Shown here: positions 1-16,877 of the stretch, piece after piece
Layout: every line of letters begins with the position of its first letter
Position numbering within the stretch: position 1 is the stretch's first letter
Assembly (NCBI GenBank): GCA_964016885.1
Contig: OZ024760.1
Coordinates: 27,032,001-27,096,000, forward strand
Origin: Eledone cirrhosa
Lineage: Eukaryota
Length of the DNA: 64,000 nucleotides
Direction: 5' to 3'
Position numbers and translations under genes: made by a program
Notes under the pieces: generated by a model
Database searches by the model: none
Seen by the model: the letters and a program-made list of their open reading frames with translations, nothing else
What the model was told of the DNA's origin: nothing

Positions 1-770
1 AGACTTCTGGTGTCCTTGGCCCTAGGACCACTTCCCTAAACACCACCATCAGCACAGTTGGCTACACACAGGTGTGAGCCTCGCGAGCTGGAATGACTCT
101 TCCAACTCGTCTCCCTTACCATCCTCCGAGTAAAAACGTCTTCTCCATACTGCTGCCCGCCGGGGGGCCCATTTGCGCATAATAGTGAGATAGGGAGAGA
201 CGGGGGCAATGACTGAAAGAGAGAGAACATCAACACTTAATTACTTATTTGTCTTTACCTTTATAACTATTGAGAGATGGGGGAAGAGACGGTGGGAGTT
301 TGGTTCCTTTGTGTTCCGGCCTTGTAGACATGAATATGTTTCACTAACATTACCGTTAAGTTTTTGATTTCTTTCTCAAATTAAGAGAACATATAAAGCA
401 GAGGTGGGCAAACTCTTTGGATCGGGGTTGAACCCCAGAGGGCCACAAAGTGTATTATTGGATATAGTGTGTCAGTAATCTTACTTTGGGTAACCTTTAC
501 TAAGATGGATGTAGTATACCAGCTGGGAATACTGAGAGGAAGAGAAGACCAACACATCAACAGAATTATATACAGTGCTTTAATGACAACAACATAATTA
601 TATATAATACTCTACCAATGTTGTTTGGTATAATATAGTCTAACACCGGGGAGGGCTAGAGGTCCACATTGACTAGGTCATGAATCCCAGAGGGTCACAT
701 CATTTATTATTGGATATAGTGTGTCAAAAACCTTACTTTTCTTCAGTTAGAAGTTAGAAAATATAAAATA

Positions 771-1351
771 CTAGCAGTGGTACCCGGCGTTGCACGGGAT
801 AAGGTATTTTGGAACGCGGACCGCCAACAGACCTAATCGTGGAAAAACTACATGCCTGGATAATATGTAAAGAAAATAAACCGAATACTCTGATGGCTGG
901 ATAATCTTTAAGATTTTCCTCGATGAAGCAAGAAAAATGCAGGTTTTCACCTAATGTGGACCCTAGGGGATCAAGAAAATTAATTTTTTTTATGTGCATA
1001 ATATGCCTTGAAATTTCGGGGAAATTGGGCTACGCATAACGCTTCAAAAAAGCCCTAAAAAGCTGAAAAAATGAAGTTTTTCACCTAATACGGGCCCTAG
1101 GCCATAACAGTTGGATTTTCTCTGCTCAGGGAATGAAGAAGAGACTGACTAATACATAGTTACAATTTCAAGGAAACTTTCCACCTAGGGGATCAAAAAG
1201 TTGCATTTTTTATGTGCATAACACTCCCTGAAACATATGTAATACACATGTAAAGTTTGAAAAATATCGGTTGGGTACTTCTGGAGTTTTAAGGATTCAA
1301 ACTCGCACACGCACCCACACAGACAGACATCCTCAGTTTTATATATATAGA
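771..1351 (-). mobile_element. Complete non-autonomous Helitron
   Basis: On the - strand: A|TC 5' end, 3' hairpin CCCGtgcaacgcCGGG followed by CTAG|T, no TSD. A truncated inverted 5' copy lies at 1370-1512. Confidence 0.8.
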
Positions 1352-1510
1352 TAAACTGCATCATTGTAATCTATATATATAAAACTGAGGATGTCTGTCT
1401 GTATGTGTGTGTCTGTGAGTTTGAATCCCTAAAACTCGAGAAGTACCCAACCGATTCTTTTCAAACTTTACATGTGTATTACTTATGTTTCGTGGAGTGT
1501 TATGCACATA

Positions 1511-3460
1511 AATCTAAACGTTTCCACCAACTTGCCTAAGGCTTTCTTCTCAATCTTAGAAAAAAACTTCCCAGTCGGCCACAAATACCATAATCTTATC
1601 AACAAAAATACCATTAAAGTCTTACTCTAGCACACCTAACATCGCATACAAGATAGCTAGTAGTAATAAAAGGAAAATAAATAATTATTTCCAACTAATT
1701 AAATCGCAACAGGGGGTGAACTTACATAACAACATAGTACCAGGTTATTCTAGTATCAATAATAATAATAATAGTAAAAGCACTAATAAAATTAATAACA
1801 GTGGGAATGATAATCATCATTACCCTAATGCTATCCCTAACAACCAGGCATCTACACACCCTTTTAACCTGCAAGTAAACAACCAAAATAACTGTAATAA
1901 CAAATAGTACTTGCCCCTTAGGAAAAAATTGCTTAATTTAAAGACATCATTTACTCATGCACAGTCATTACAAACAACACTTCAAAAACATATATTGATT
2001 CTACTTCGAACTGCTTCAAGACGAGATATAACTTGCATCTCCACACTTTCAAAAATCGCAATCTAGCCAACTCCACTTCTTTATCTAACTACATACACTC
2101 TCTGAAAACTAGGAATAGACCTATATACTTCAATGGGAAGTAATAGATAGAGCCGCATCGTATAAACCACCGAATAGATTATGTAACCTCTGTCTTCTAG
2201 ACACACGCACTATAATCTATTCTAAGCTAAACCTTTTAAATAGAAAATCAGAAATTTTTTCCATGTGCCAACACTACCACCGCACTCTTTCCACAACTTC
2301 AAACCTAGCTGCTAGTATATAACAATGTCAGATCTGGATCCATTAACACTTTACCTCTAGGTTTTATCAGCATATAATTACCCCCCCCCCCCCAGCATCA
2401 CATTCTATGATCAGCTCATTCCTCTACTTACCTCCTATTTATCTCAAATCTTTTACTCTACAATAACTATTGGGAATAAACAAAGTCACCACCATTTAAT
2501 ATAACTACTATAACTTACTAATATTTATTCATTTAATTAATATATGGGTAGGTAGTGATAAAATGAGACCTTTAAGGTATTATATGGAAGAAAGATTGTA
2601 TTTAAAATTAAATATATAAATTTAAAAATAAATAGCATTATATAAAAGGATTCACTTATAACATAATATATTGTATATTAACACATAGAATTTAACTAAT
2701 TGGAGTTGTAAACAACTATACAGTTTTCTCTTATACACAATCCCATTACCTCCCTTTCACATTAGCTCCCCTTAATATAGATCTCTAATCACTTCCTGAA
2801 ATTAAACCGTTAGACAGATCACTCCAGAACAACTCGAACCCTTGATAAGATTGTAGTAAGACCAATATACAATCCATAGTTGTAGCTACAAATAAACATT
2901 TACTAAAATATAACCAATGTAATGGAAAGGAAAACCTTGATATTAATACTCACAACACATGCACATTTGAACATTACCGGAACAATTATCACATTACATC
3001 CACCATAAACTTCATAGAAACTGCTTTTCATATCCACGCATCTCTGTCTGCTTAATATGCTTATATACCTGTATTGTATTATGTGATACCTTTACCATAC
3101 TGTGATATATGTGCTTAGTACCATTGCTTGTTTCTTACCTGGTTATTCTGTACATGCCTAACACCTCTGCACTCTTTCTATACGCTTGCATATGTACCGC
3201 TAATGTCCTCGTTTTGCGAGTAACTCTCTTCTTTAATTCCTCTATAATTGTTGTATTATTCTTTTATAATCTTTGTCGCATCCAATGATATTGACCACAT
3301 CATCTTCACTCTTTAAATATGACACCGTTAATGACAACACCTATATCTACGTATCATTACAATTGTTCTGTGGAATAGGAGGTTAATTATATGTCTAAAC
3401 TTTGCTAGTGCTCCGATGATTCCAACGAAAGTTTGGAAGAAACGATTGTCAGCAATAAAA
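1511..3460 (+). mobile_element. Decayed Penelope-like element 3' part (Neptune-type linker + GIY-YIG, 3' UTR ending in hammerhead and AATAAA)
   Basis: Frameshifted translation NVSTNLPKAFFSILEKNFP..HKYHNLINKNTIKV(S)YS, IIYSCTV...TYIDSTSNCFKTRYNLH...CNLCL...LLNRKSE; hammerhead-like motif at 3409-3454. Confidence 0.8.
3409..3454 (+). ncRNA. Type I hammerhead ribozyme motif, CCGAUGA variant core
   Basis: UGCU-CCGAUGA-UUCCAA(cgaaagu)UUGGAA-GAAAC gauu GUC-AGCA, followed by AATAAA. Confidence 0.6.
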
Positions 3461-3796
3461 TGTTTTGAACATTCTGTAATTTATATTCCGGCTCTGTAAA
3501 ACATCTGATGTATTTACATTGAGCTATTTTTCTTACTGGTAATAAGGTGGTAATGAATTACTGACTTTTCCTGTTTATAATTATATATAGTGTATATATA
3601 AGTATAAATAATATTATTACTATTATTATTATTATTATTATATATATATATATAACCAAAAGTTAAACAAGGTTCATTGATTAATCAATGAATATAGTTT
3701 TACAATAGATTAGAAGCACTCAACAGTTAAAAGTTTTCTGGAGTTATTAATATTAATTCAAAATATTAATAAATATAGACATTCACTTAATCAAAA

Positions 3797-3867
3797 TATA
3801 TTTTATTATATATATTTCGGAGGTACTGTGCTGTTTTTTCAGTACGTCCTCATCAGATAAAATATAT
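3797..3867 (-). ncRNA. Minimal type I hammerhead ribozyme
   Basis: UAUUUUAU-CUGAUGA-GGAcGUACUG..CAGUACcUCC-GAAA UAUAUA UA-AUAAAAUA; palindromic stem III. Confidence 0.78.
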
Positions 3868-4167
3868 AAATTGATGTATGACGTGCTGCAACTGAGTTAT
3901 TCCCCCATAAGTGAACAACTCCCAGCTACGGGTTGCTAACTAGCTCAGACATAGGCAAGATTTGTTTAAACTACCTTCTCTAAGTCTCTCCTGGCGAGAA
4001 GGGGAACGGTACTTTCCCTGGAAACTGCTGCTCGTTCACTTGGAGATACTGTGAAATTGGAAGTTTGGTTTAGAGTGGTTTTCGCTTCTGTATCTTTTAT
4101 ATCTCCATAGTTAATTTATCTGGCAATCAATGTTTATCATTGATTGGTCAACGGTTAAAAATACAGC

Positions 4168-4204
<37 letters not shown>

Positions 4205-4211
<7 letters not shown>

Positions 4212-4637
4212 AAGAGTGAAGAATAATATGGTCAACAGTACAAAAAGGGTTTTATTTACAGTATTAGCAATTGTTTCATTGATTAAGTTGTCTAAAAATT
4301 GCTAATCAGTTGAAGTTGTGTCACTCAATTTTAAATACAATGTATGCCTAATCAAATATCGGAAAAACTGATTAAAATTATACACGGCGTTTGTAATATA
4401 CTAGGAAAATTCAAATCACAACACATTGTGATTTGAATTTTCTTAGTATAACGCCGTGTATAATTTTAATCAGTTTTTCCGATGATTTGATTAGGCATAC
4501 ATTGTATTTAAAATTGAGTGACACAACTTCAAGTGATTAGCAATTTTTAGACAACTTAATCAATGAAACAATTGTTAATACTGTAAATAAAACCCTTTTT
4601 GTACTGTTGACAATGTTATTCTTCACTCTTTCACTAT
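4205..4637. repeat. Long inverted repeat (about 215-bp arms, 4-nt loop)
   Basis: Arms are near-perfect reverse complements centred at about 4423. Confidence 0.92.
4471..4583 (+). ncRNA. Hammerhead motif with extended stem II, CCGAUGA variant
   Basis: CAGUUUUU-CCGAUGA-U UUGAUUAGG...CUUAAUCAA U-GAAAC AAUU GUU-AAUACUG, then AATAAA; lies in the right arm of a fold-back. Confidence 0.55.
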
Positions 4638-4795
4638 TATTACTCCAAGATTAACCTGCATAGGAATTCCCGAGAACTCGCAACATAACTAAGGAAACCT
4701 CTTGTTGAGTCAAACAACGCCGTACGTTAAAACTATCCACAATACGGAGTACTCACAACTTCTAACTGGATTACCTATAACAATAACTTGTTATC

Positions 4796-4838
<43 letters not shown>

Positions 4839-4961
4839 AGTTATTCCGGGTTGAATCGGAGGTAACTACAGTAAGTAAAGTACTCAATACATAGCAGAGT
4901 ATAAAAGTTTGAAAATAGATTCCTGATGATTTCTAAAGAATGATTACGATAATTTGTTATC

Positions 4962-4998
<37 letters not shown>

Positions 4999-5224
4999 CT
5001 ATCAAAGTTCTTTCGACACACATCTGTGACATCATCAGAGGTATTATGTTTCCTCCCGTTGTATTGTAATGTCTACGCCATTTTTTCTTAAACATTGATT
5101 GCCAGCTAAATTAACTATATGAATATATAAGATATACAGAAGCGAAAGCCAATCCTAATCAAACTGTGTGTGTGTTTTATTATTATTTCTGGCAATATTA
5201 TAACAATATAGCCCTCCCCCAATA

Positions 5225-5289
<65 letters not shown>

Positions 5290-6118
5290 TGTGTGTGTGT
5301 AATTATATCAATTGTCAAGTAAGAGTACTCAAACTATACGGCCATATACAAACTCGTGGTGTGAGTTGGTTATGCCTGGAAGGAAGATTGGCGGGTAAGA
5401 GAATGGCTTGACAATGTCAACTTATGGACTGGACTTGATCTTTGCTCTCTTTTAACTCTGCTGTTGGTGGTAGAACTTTGTGGAGAGAGGTATCTCATGT
5501 TGATGCACAGTCTGCAACTGGCGGAGTTTGGCGTCACTATATATATATATATATATATTCAAATCAACAAACAGCGAAAGACGCGTTCCGAGTTGTCCGA
5601 CAGACAACCTTTTCCCCCACCCCGGAAAAAAACCCCAGTTGATGGATGTGAATCCGAAATATAGAGGGACTATTAAATCTCTCCCAAGGTAACTCTCTCT
5701 CTTGTGTTGTTATTATTATTTTTATTCTTTTACTCTTCCCTTCATTCTACACATCTCACACATCTTATACACACCACGCATCTCAACGTACACCCACTTA
5801 CATATCTCTCTCTCCACCACCGGACCTTGTTACCCGGAGATTTACCCATTTGCATTGTCGGGGCTTCCAAACGACTTATAAATATTTACTTATTGTTCCA
5901 CAACGCTTCAAGCAAACTTCAATACTCTCTTATATATATATCATCATCATCATCAGGTCGAGCTTGCTCGGCTTTCTACGACACGTTTCCTCCATCCATC
6001 TCTGTCTCTCATAGCGTTTGCCAGTTCTTCCGCAGTGCATCCAGTATCGTCCTCAAGTTGCTTGACGTATGTCTTCTTGGGACGACCAGCGTTTCTTGCT
6101 CCATATATATATATATAT

Positions 6119-6864
6119 GGGAGGAGTGCGGGACTGCGTCCTGAATATGTTTTTTTTTTATCCCGTTTGTAAAATAAGTTGGATTACTTTGAATAAATAA
6201 TGAATGAATATTACATAATTTATGTACTAAATTTCGTAACTCTTGATTAAATATAAATAATTTTATTGCTTATTTCAAGATTCACTTCTTTTAAAATGTT
6301 CAAATGTCAACACTTCCAGTTCGCATCTGTTATATTATAACACTTATTACATCGCTTATGTAAATGTTCATATATTTGCATCGTTATATAAGGTATATAT
6401 AAGGTTTATATAAGGGCGGTGGATTGGCAGTATCGGTAGAGGTTCGGACGCCATGCTTTGCAGCACAGAGTTACGGCCCGTGCGCCATTCTGAGTTCAAA
6501 TCCCGCCGAGGTTAACTTTGCCTTTCATCCTTACGGGGTCGATAAAATAAAGTACCAGTAATACACGGAGTAATTGCTGGCCTTGTGCCAAAAGTAGAAA
6601 CATTTATATAAGGTTTATATTTACGTCGCTAATTTTCACCGTAATGCAGTTTAAATATAATATCGTCTTTTTTTAAATGTATCATGGATTACTTTACTGA
6701 TTACATAAGACAGTGTAACACAGTCTCTCTTCAATTTCTGTGCACATTCTCAATTGCGATTTTATTTGACTATATCTAAATGCATATATATTTGCGTATA
6801 ATATCAATTATACACACTACACATACTGGCAGAAAACCACCCGAATAGTGGTTTTTCTGCTAGT
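6119..6864 (+). mobile_element. Dispersed repeat, Helitron-like 3' end, with nested SINE (second copy 47443-48646)
   Basis: Two long similar copies, each ending gtggtttttctgCTAG|T after a hairpin, with different SINE insertions. Confidence 0.55.
6415..6602 (+). mobile_element. tRNA-derived SINE (representative of more than 10 copies, e.g. 44710-44897, 46540-46975, 47520-47875 (-), 55967-56150, 56780-56947, 57095-57260)
   Basis: A-box-like TGGCAGTATCGG, B-box GTTCAAATCC, core GCCTTTCATCCTTACGGGGTCGATAAAATAAAGTACCAG; flanking direct repeat tttatataagg. Confidence 0.82.
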
Positions 6865-7063
6865 ATATATAATTATTAAAGCCAGTTACTAACCAGTCAT
6901 ACCAGGAATGTATGTTTCTTTGGCTTGGCGGACCAATGAATTACAAGTTCCTGGTATGATTTTGTAGAAACTGACTTTAATAATTATATTAAAACTCACC
7001 CTATGGACTTGTTTTAGACTTTCTACCAAGTTATTACTACTACTACTACTATCTATCTATCTA

Positions 7064-7122
<59 letters not shown>

Positions 7123-7396
7123 CGAAGGAAATGTGGTAAGGAACCAGGTGGACCATAACGCACCAAAGTACTCAATACATAGGGTAGTAGAGTGGGTAAT
7201 AGGAACGAGTAGGACCCCGACGGCTGAGCTCAAGCCGTTTCGACGGCTAATTCTGGACTGAATTACAATGAGTCCAGAATTAGCCGTTGAAACAGCTTGA
7301 GCTCAGCCGTCGGGGTCCTACTCGTTCCTATATATATATATATATATATATATCAATGATATTAATAAATGGAAACTATATTTATAAAACCATATT

Positions 7397-7457
7397 TATT
7401 CTATTATATATATTTCAAGGGTACCAAAACTTTGGTACGCACTCATCAGATAAAATA
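7397..7457 (-). ncRNA. Minimal type I hammerhead ribozyme
   Basis: UAUUUUAU-CUGAUGA-..GUACCAAA/UUUGGUAC..-GAAA UAUAUA UA-AUAGAAUA. Confidence 0.68.
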
Positions 7458-7804
7458 CAGAGCTTGTTTTATAAATATTGACATATCCAGGAATTAGACC
7501 TTAACTGTTCAAGTTTTACCTGGATAGGTAAAACTTTATAAATATAGTTTCCATTTATTAATATCATTGATATTATACTCCAAAATACTGTCGAGTGCTT
7601 CGAATCTGTTATAAATATATATATTTGTTGAATTACCAACAAATTAAATATCCCTTTGCTTATATATGTATGTATATATATATATGTATATATGTGTGTG
7701 TGTGTGTGTGTGTGTATGTAAAAGGTAAACAGAAATAACAACACAATCGGTACAGTATGTGGAAGGAATATATTAGGTTAACGGTTGAAATAGAATGAAG
7801 AGGG

Positions 7805-7840
7805 TCTTAACGTTTCGGACACTAGTCCTTCATCAAAAGA
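7805..7840 (-). ncRNA. Minimal hammerhead motif with C3U change (probably decayed)
   Basis: UCUU-UUGAUGA-aGGAC uagu GUCC-GAAAC GUU-AAGA. Confidence 0.5.
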
Positions 7841-7992
7841 AAGAATGACAAATAAGATAGATTGTTTTTTTTTAAATTGTATTTTATGTTGACATTTATA
7901 GGCATTTTTATGAACCGCGTCCAATATTTGCGGTTTTTCACTCTTCGCGTTTCACTTTTCGCGGGTGCTCTAGGAACATAACCCCGCAAATA

Positions 7993-8033
<41 letters not shown>

Positions 8034-8333
8034 CATATACAGGTGGTGTGATGTGCAGTTACTGTGGTTTTACCCAGGTGAGCACTCGATGCGTAGATTC
8101 ACGCCTGTAACGAGGTGTAGAGCTAAACAATGTGTGTGTGTGTGTGTATGTGTGTGTGTGTGTATATATAGGAACGATCGACTTTCGTCAAATCGGACCG
8201 AGGGAACAATGTTTCCGTTGGTCTTTCCAATTGCTAATACTATCTATCGGTCGCAATTCCAGGTAGAAGGAACAACGTGAAATAAAGTGTCTTGCTCAAG
8301 GACATAACGCATCGCCTGGTCCAGGAATCCAAT

Positions 8334-8340
8334 CTATATG

Positions 8341-8372
<32 letters not shown>

Positions 8373-8440
8373 TGTATGTATGTATGTATGTATATGTGTA
8401 TGTATGTATGTATATATGTATGTATATATATATGTGTATG

Positions 8441-8475
<35 letters not shown>

Positions 8476-8476
8476 G

Positions 8477-8507
<31 letters not shown>

Positions 8508-8520
8508 GTATATATATATT

Positions 8521-8577
<57 letters not shown>

Positions 8578-8732
8578 ATGTATGTATGTATGTATATATA
8601 TGTATGTATGTATATATATGTATGTATGTATATATATGTATGTATGTATATATATGTATGTATGTATATATATGTATGTATGTATATATATGTATGTATG
8701 TATATATATGTATGTATGTATATATATATATG

Positions 8733-8764
<32 letters not shown>

Positions 8765-9092
8765 TATATGTATGTGTATATATATATATATATGTATGTA
8801 TATATATATATATATGTATGTATATATATATATATGTATGTATATATATATATATGTATGTATATATATATATATGTATGTATATATATATATGTATGTA
8901 TGTATATATATATGTATGTATGTATATATATATGTATGTATGTATATATATATATATATGTATGTATGTATATATATATATATATATGTATGTATATATA
9001 TATATATATGTATGTATGTATGTATATATATATATGTATGTATGTATATATATATATATATGTATGTATATATATATATATATATATGTATG

Positions 9093-9125
<33 letters not shown>

Positions 9126-9210
9126 ATATATATATATGTATGTATATATATATATATGTATGTATGTATGTATATATATATGTATGTATGTATGTATATA
9201 TATATGTATG
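8334..9210. repeat. (TA)n/(TATG)n microsatellite array
   Basis: Direct inspection. Confidence 0.97.
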
Positions 9211-9252
9211 GTACTCAATACATAGCAGAGTATAAATATTTAATATAGAAAT

Positions 9253-9303
9253 GGCTTCTACAGGACTAGAACTGTTTCATTCGCGAGAAATCATCAGGAA
9301 GCC
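9253..9303 (-). ncRNA. Type I hammerhead ribozyme
   Basis: GGCUUC-CUGAUGA-uUUC ucgc GAAu-GAAACAG uucuaguc CUGUA-GAAGCC; 6-bp stem I, 4-bp stem III, GUA triplet. Confidence 0.75.
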
Positions 9304-9899
9304 GACTGTCCAAGTAATATGGTGGTATTTATATTATAGAAGCCATTTCTACATTATATATATCTATGGGAAAATGTTTCAACGGCTATTTCTGGACGCA
9401 GAGCTCAAGCCGTTGAAACGGCTTGAGCTCTGCCGTCGGGGTTAAACATTTTTCCCATTACCCACTCTACTACCCACTCTACTACCCTAAGTATTGAGTA
9501 CTGGTGCGTTATGGTCCATCTGGTTCCCTACCAGACCTCCTTCGATATATATATATATATATATGTATATGTGTGTGTGTGTGTATAGTTATATATATAT
9601 AAACACACTCACACACACACACACACACTCACACTCACACTCACTCACTCACTCACCAGATTTGTGGGAGATCTCCCCGTGGAACAGGGAGATATCGCAT
9701 CTACTTTGGAGTGGGTGAGAGATGTCTTCTCTTGTAAAAATGGGTATAGCTTAAGTTTCACCTGGAAAGGAAGGTGAGGGTGGAGAGAGGAGTGCTGCCC
9801 CCCCCCCCCCTAGTATATTTGCTAAAAGGTGGATGAATGTGGCGAGAATGGCCCGTGTGAATGGGCCTACTCTGACCATGCGCCTATAGTCTAGCTAAC

Positions 9900-10503
9900 T
9901 TGAGGAGAGGGGTGCTAACCCTGGGTGCCCTAGAAGCACAGGGTGGTTCAGGATTGGTGGGATACCCGAGTCACCCCAGGGTCGTCCACCCCTTATAGGG
10001 GAATTTATTTTGTTATATTTATGCATAGTTTATTTATATTTTTATATCTTCATTGTTAAATTAGTCTTGCCATTGTGCACTTTTACTCGACCTTATTGTA
10101 AACCCCCCACTGTCCCTGTCTTTGCATTGTCCCCTACATGTCGGCCCTTGGGGTTAATAAATGAAATCATTATGTGGAAAACTGGGAGAGGGCACTTGCC
10201 CTGGTGGTCAGGGTCACTGTGGCCTTTTAATGGGCTTTCTCCACAAATGTCCCTCGGAAGTCTCCCCCCTATTGGGGAATTTTTCTTTGTTATTTTATTT
10301 CATCCTCTGTTTTTTTTACACGCAGAAATGCCCATTTGTACCGTCCTGTATTGTCCTGTACTGTCCTTAATGTCTACTTTATGTAAACCCTTGTGGTTAA
10401 TAAAGAAAACATTATGTATAATCTCCCCAATTTTGCTTCATTTCTCCCAGTTTTGGGGTCACCTTTGGGAGGTTTTTAGAGGTCGACGGGCCTAAAATGT
10501 ACA
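9900..10503 (+). mobile_element. Possible 3' LTR of an LTR retrotransposon
   Basis: Purine tract GAGGAGAGGGG followed by TG at 9913, internal AATAAA, CA end; no partner LTR or coding sequence seen. Confidence 0.3.
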
Positions 10504-10599
10504 CAGAATATACTTAATGAAACACCTAGTTACAATATACAAACAGGTCGAGGTAATTTTAAGTACCACGTGTCTTTCTAATGAATCTTGGAATTAGTG

Positions 10600-10838
10600 G
10601 ACTACTGTTAGTGCTACGATTACTACTACTGCTACCACTATTACTACTACTACTACTACTACCACTACTACTACTACTACTACAATTACTACTACTGCTA
10701 CCACTATTACTACTACTACTACTACTACCACTACTACTACTACCAATAATGCCACTACTACGGCTACTACTAATGCCACCACTACTACTACTAATGCCAC
10801 TACTACTATTACTACTACCACCACTACTACTACTACTG

Positions 10839-10881
<43 letters not shown>

Positions 10882-10989
10882 CAGTGGAGGTAGTGGTAGT
10901 AGAAGTCTTTGTTATTATTTTTTTCTTTTTTTTTTTTTGGTTTTTGATAATCACTGCTTATTTACTAATTACTCGTCTCTAATTAGTTT

Positions 10990-11031
<42 letters not shown>

Positions 11032-11455
11032 CGCGCGCGCACACGTACGCACGCGCACACACTTGTGTGTATATATATATGTGTGTATGTGTATATGTAT
11101 GTATGTATCTGTGTGTGTATATATCTATGTATGTATGTATGTGTGTGTGTATACATATGTATATATGTGTGTATATATGTATGTGTGTGCATGTATATGT
11201 GTGTATGTATGTGTGTGTGTATGTATGTGTGTATATATATATGTATGTGTGTGTGTATATATGTATGTATGTGTGTGTATATATGTATGTATGTGTGTGT
11301 ATGTATGTATATATATGTGTGTGTATATATGTATGTGTGTGTATATATGTATGTATGTGTGTGTATATATGTATATATATGTGTGTGTATATATGTATAT
11401 ATGTGTGTGTATATGTATATATATGTATGTGTGTATATGTATATATATGTGTGTG

Positions 11456-11492
<37 letters not shown>

Positions 11493-12281
11493 GCGTGTGG
11501 GTATATATGTATATATATATATGTGTGTGTATGTACATATATGTGTGTATGTATGTATGTATGTGTGTGTATATATATATGTACATATATATGTGTGTAT
11601 ATGTATGTATGTATGTGTATATATGTGTGTGTATATATGTGTGTATGTGTGTATATATGTGTGTATGTATGTATTTGTGTCTATATATATATATATGTGT
11701 GTATATATATGTATATATATATGTGTGTATATATATGTATATATATGTGTATATATATATATATGTGTGTGTATATATATGTATGTATATATGCGTGTGT
11801 ATATATATATATATATATGTGTGTCTGCATATATGTGTATATATGGGTATGTATATATGTGTGTGTATATATATATACGTATATATATATGTGTATATAT
11901 ATATACGTATATATATATATATATGTGTGTGTATATATATACGTATATATATGTATATATATATGTATATATATATATGTGTGTGTATATATATGTGTAT
12001 GTATATATGTGTGTGTATATGTGAATGTATATATATATATATGTGTATATATATATATATCTGTGTATGTATATGTGAATGTATATATATATATATGTGT
12101 ATATATGTATATATATATGTATATATATATGTATATATATATATGTATATATATATGTATATATATATGTATATATATATATATGTATATATATATGTAT
12201 ATATATATGTATATATGTATATATATATGTATATATGTATATATATATGTATATATGTATATATATATGTATATATATATG

Positions 12282-12312
<31 letters not shown>

Positions 12313-12466
12313 GTATATGTATATATATATATGTATATGTATGTATATGTATATATATGTATATATATGTATATATATGTATATATATGTATATATATGT
12401 ATATATATGTATATATATGTATATATGTATATATATATGTATATTTATATATATGTATATATATAT

Positions 12467-12498
<32 letters not shown>

Positions 12499-12620
12499 GT
12501 ATATATATAAATATGTATATATATGTATATGTATATATATGTATATGTATATGTATGTATATGTATATGTATGTATATGTATATGTATGTATATGTATGT
12601 ATATATATGTATATATATAT
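10600..12620. repeat. (CTA)n tract (10600-10880) followed by (CA)n and (TA/TG)n array (about 10990-12620)
   Basis: Direct inspection. Confidence 0.95.
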
Positions 12621-13367
12621 AGATTTTGAGTTTATGTTGGTTGTATACCAACACCTCAGTATGCAGGCTTGAGCACTCGACGAAGTGCGCAGGTTGGTTT
12701 GGTTACTCCGGAGTAGTGTAAAATAAAGTTAAATAAAAGTCAAATGATTAAAATTTAGCTTCGTTTATTACTATTTTCTGTTTTCTTCATTTATTGCCTT
12801 ATATTTCTTCATATACATGAAAGAACCCCCCACCCCCACCCACCACCACCACCACTACGATGGTGGCGGGAGGGATGAAGAAAAAACACAAACTGGATAC
12901 TTCTAAATTGTTAGCAGCAGCAAGATATAAGCTGACCACTACAACAACAACAGTACCAAAATAATGGTGGAGGTCAAATGTACTGAACAATAGCAGGCAA
13001 AAACACTACAGGGAGCCTCACCCCAGAAAGAATTCTATAGACTTCTGACTGAGGAATGCTCTCAGAACTGAACAATGGGAAGTTTGACACTTTTTTTGTT
13101 ATTTTGTTCCTTTAACACCTTGTCCCTTCTACCATTTTATCAATTTTTAAGCTAACTCCAACAATAACAACACTTAGAATGAGGAATGTTCTAATAACTG
13201 ACCAATGAGAGGAGAAGGGGCCCTGTGACACGAAAGTTCGTTTTTGAATTCATATGACTCCAGTTCCTCAGTGAATTAACAACCCAACAAGGAACTGGGC
13301 ATATCAGAGTATTGACAATATTATACACTAAATAACATATGTACTTGTCTATACCACACTATTTCAA

Positions 13368-13422
13368 ACTGCCTGAAGAGGTCACAGCCAAAGATGGCTG
13401 TCACTGAAATATATATAGCAGT
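13368..13422 (+). ncRNA. Minimal type I hammerhead ribozyme
   Basis: ACUGC-CUGAAGA-GGucACAGCCA aaga UGGCUGUcaCU-GAAA UAUAUA UA-GCAGU, followed immediately by AATAAA. Confidence 0.8.
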
Positions 13423-13465
13423 AATAAACGAAGCTAAATTTTAATCATTTGACTTTTATTTAACT

Positions 13466-16690
<3,225 letters not shown>

Positions 16691-16834
16691 GTTATTATTG
16701 GGGGGGGGGGGGTCATGTTGCCAATAAGAAACACACGCACCAGTTGCTTTCACTTCAATTTATTATAATATTTAGGAATTTATAAATTTCCTGTTGGTTG
16801 GTTGGTTCCAAAACCAGATGGTTGTTTATATATT

Positions 16835-16877
16835 GTCAAAGTTCTTTCGTCACACATTCTGTGACCTCTTCAGTGAC
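16835..16877 (-). ncRNA. Minimal type I hammerhead ribozyme (decayed relative at 5001-5045, - strand)
   Basis: GUCA-CUGAAGA-gGUCACA gaaug UGUGAC-GAAAG aa CUU-UGAC. Confidence 0.65.

Noticed and set aside
5290-5935. Unique-looking stretch between TA arrays as possible first exon or LTR
   Set aside because: No coding motif, convincing splice pair or second copy in the window
10559-10982. Poly-Ser/Leu/Val ORFs
   Set aside because: (CTA)n trinucleotide repeat
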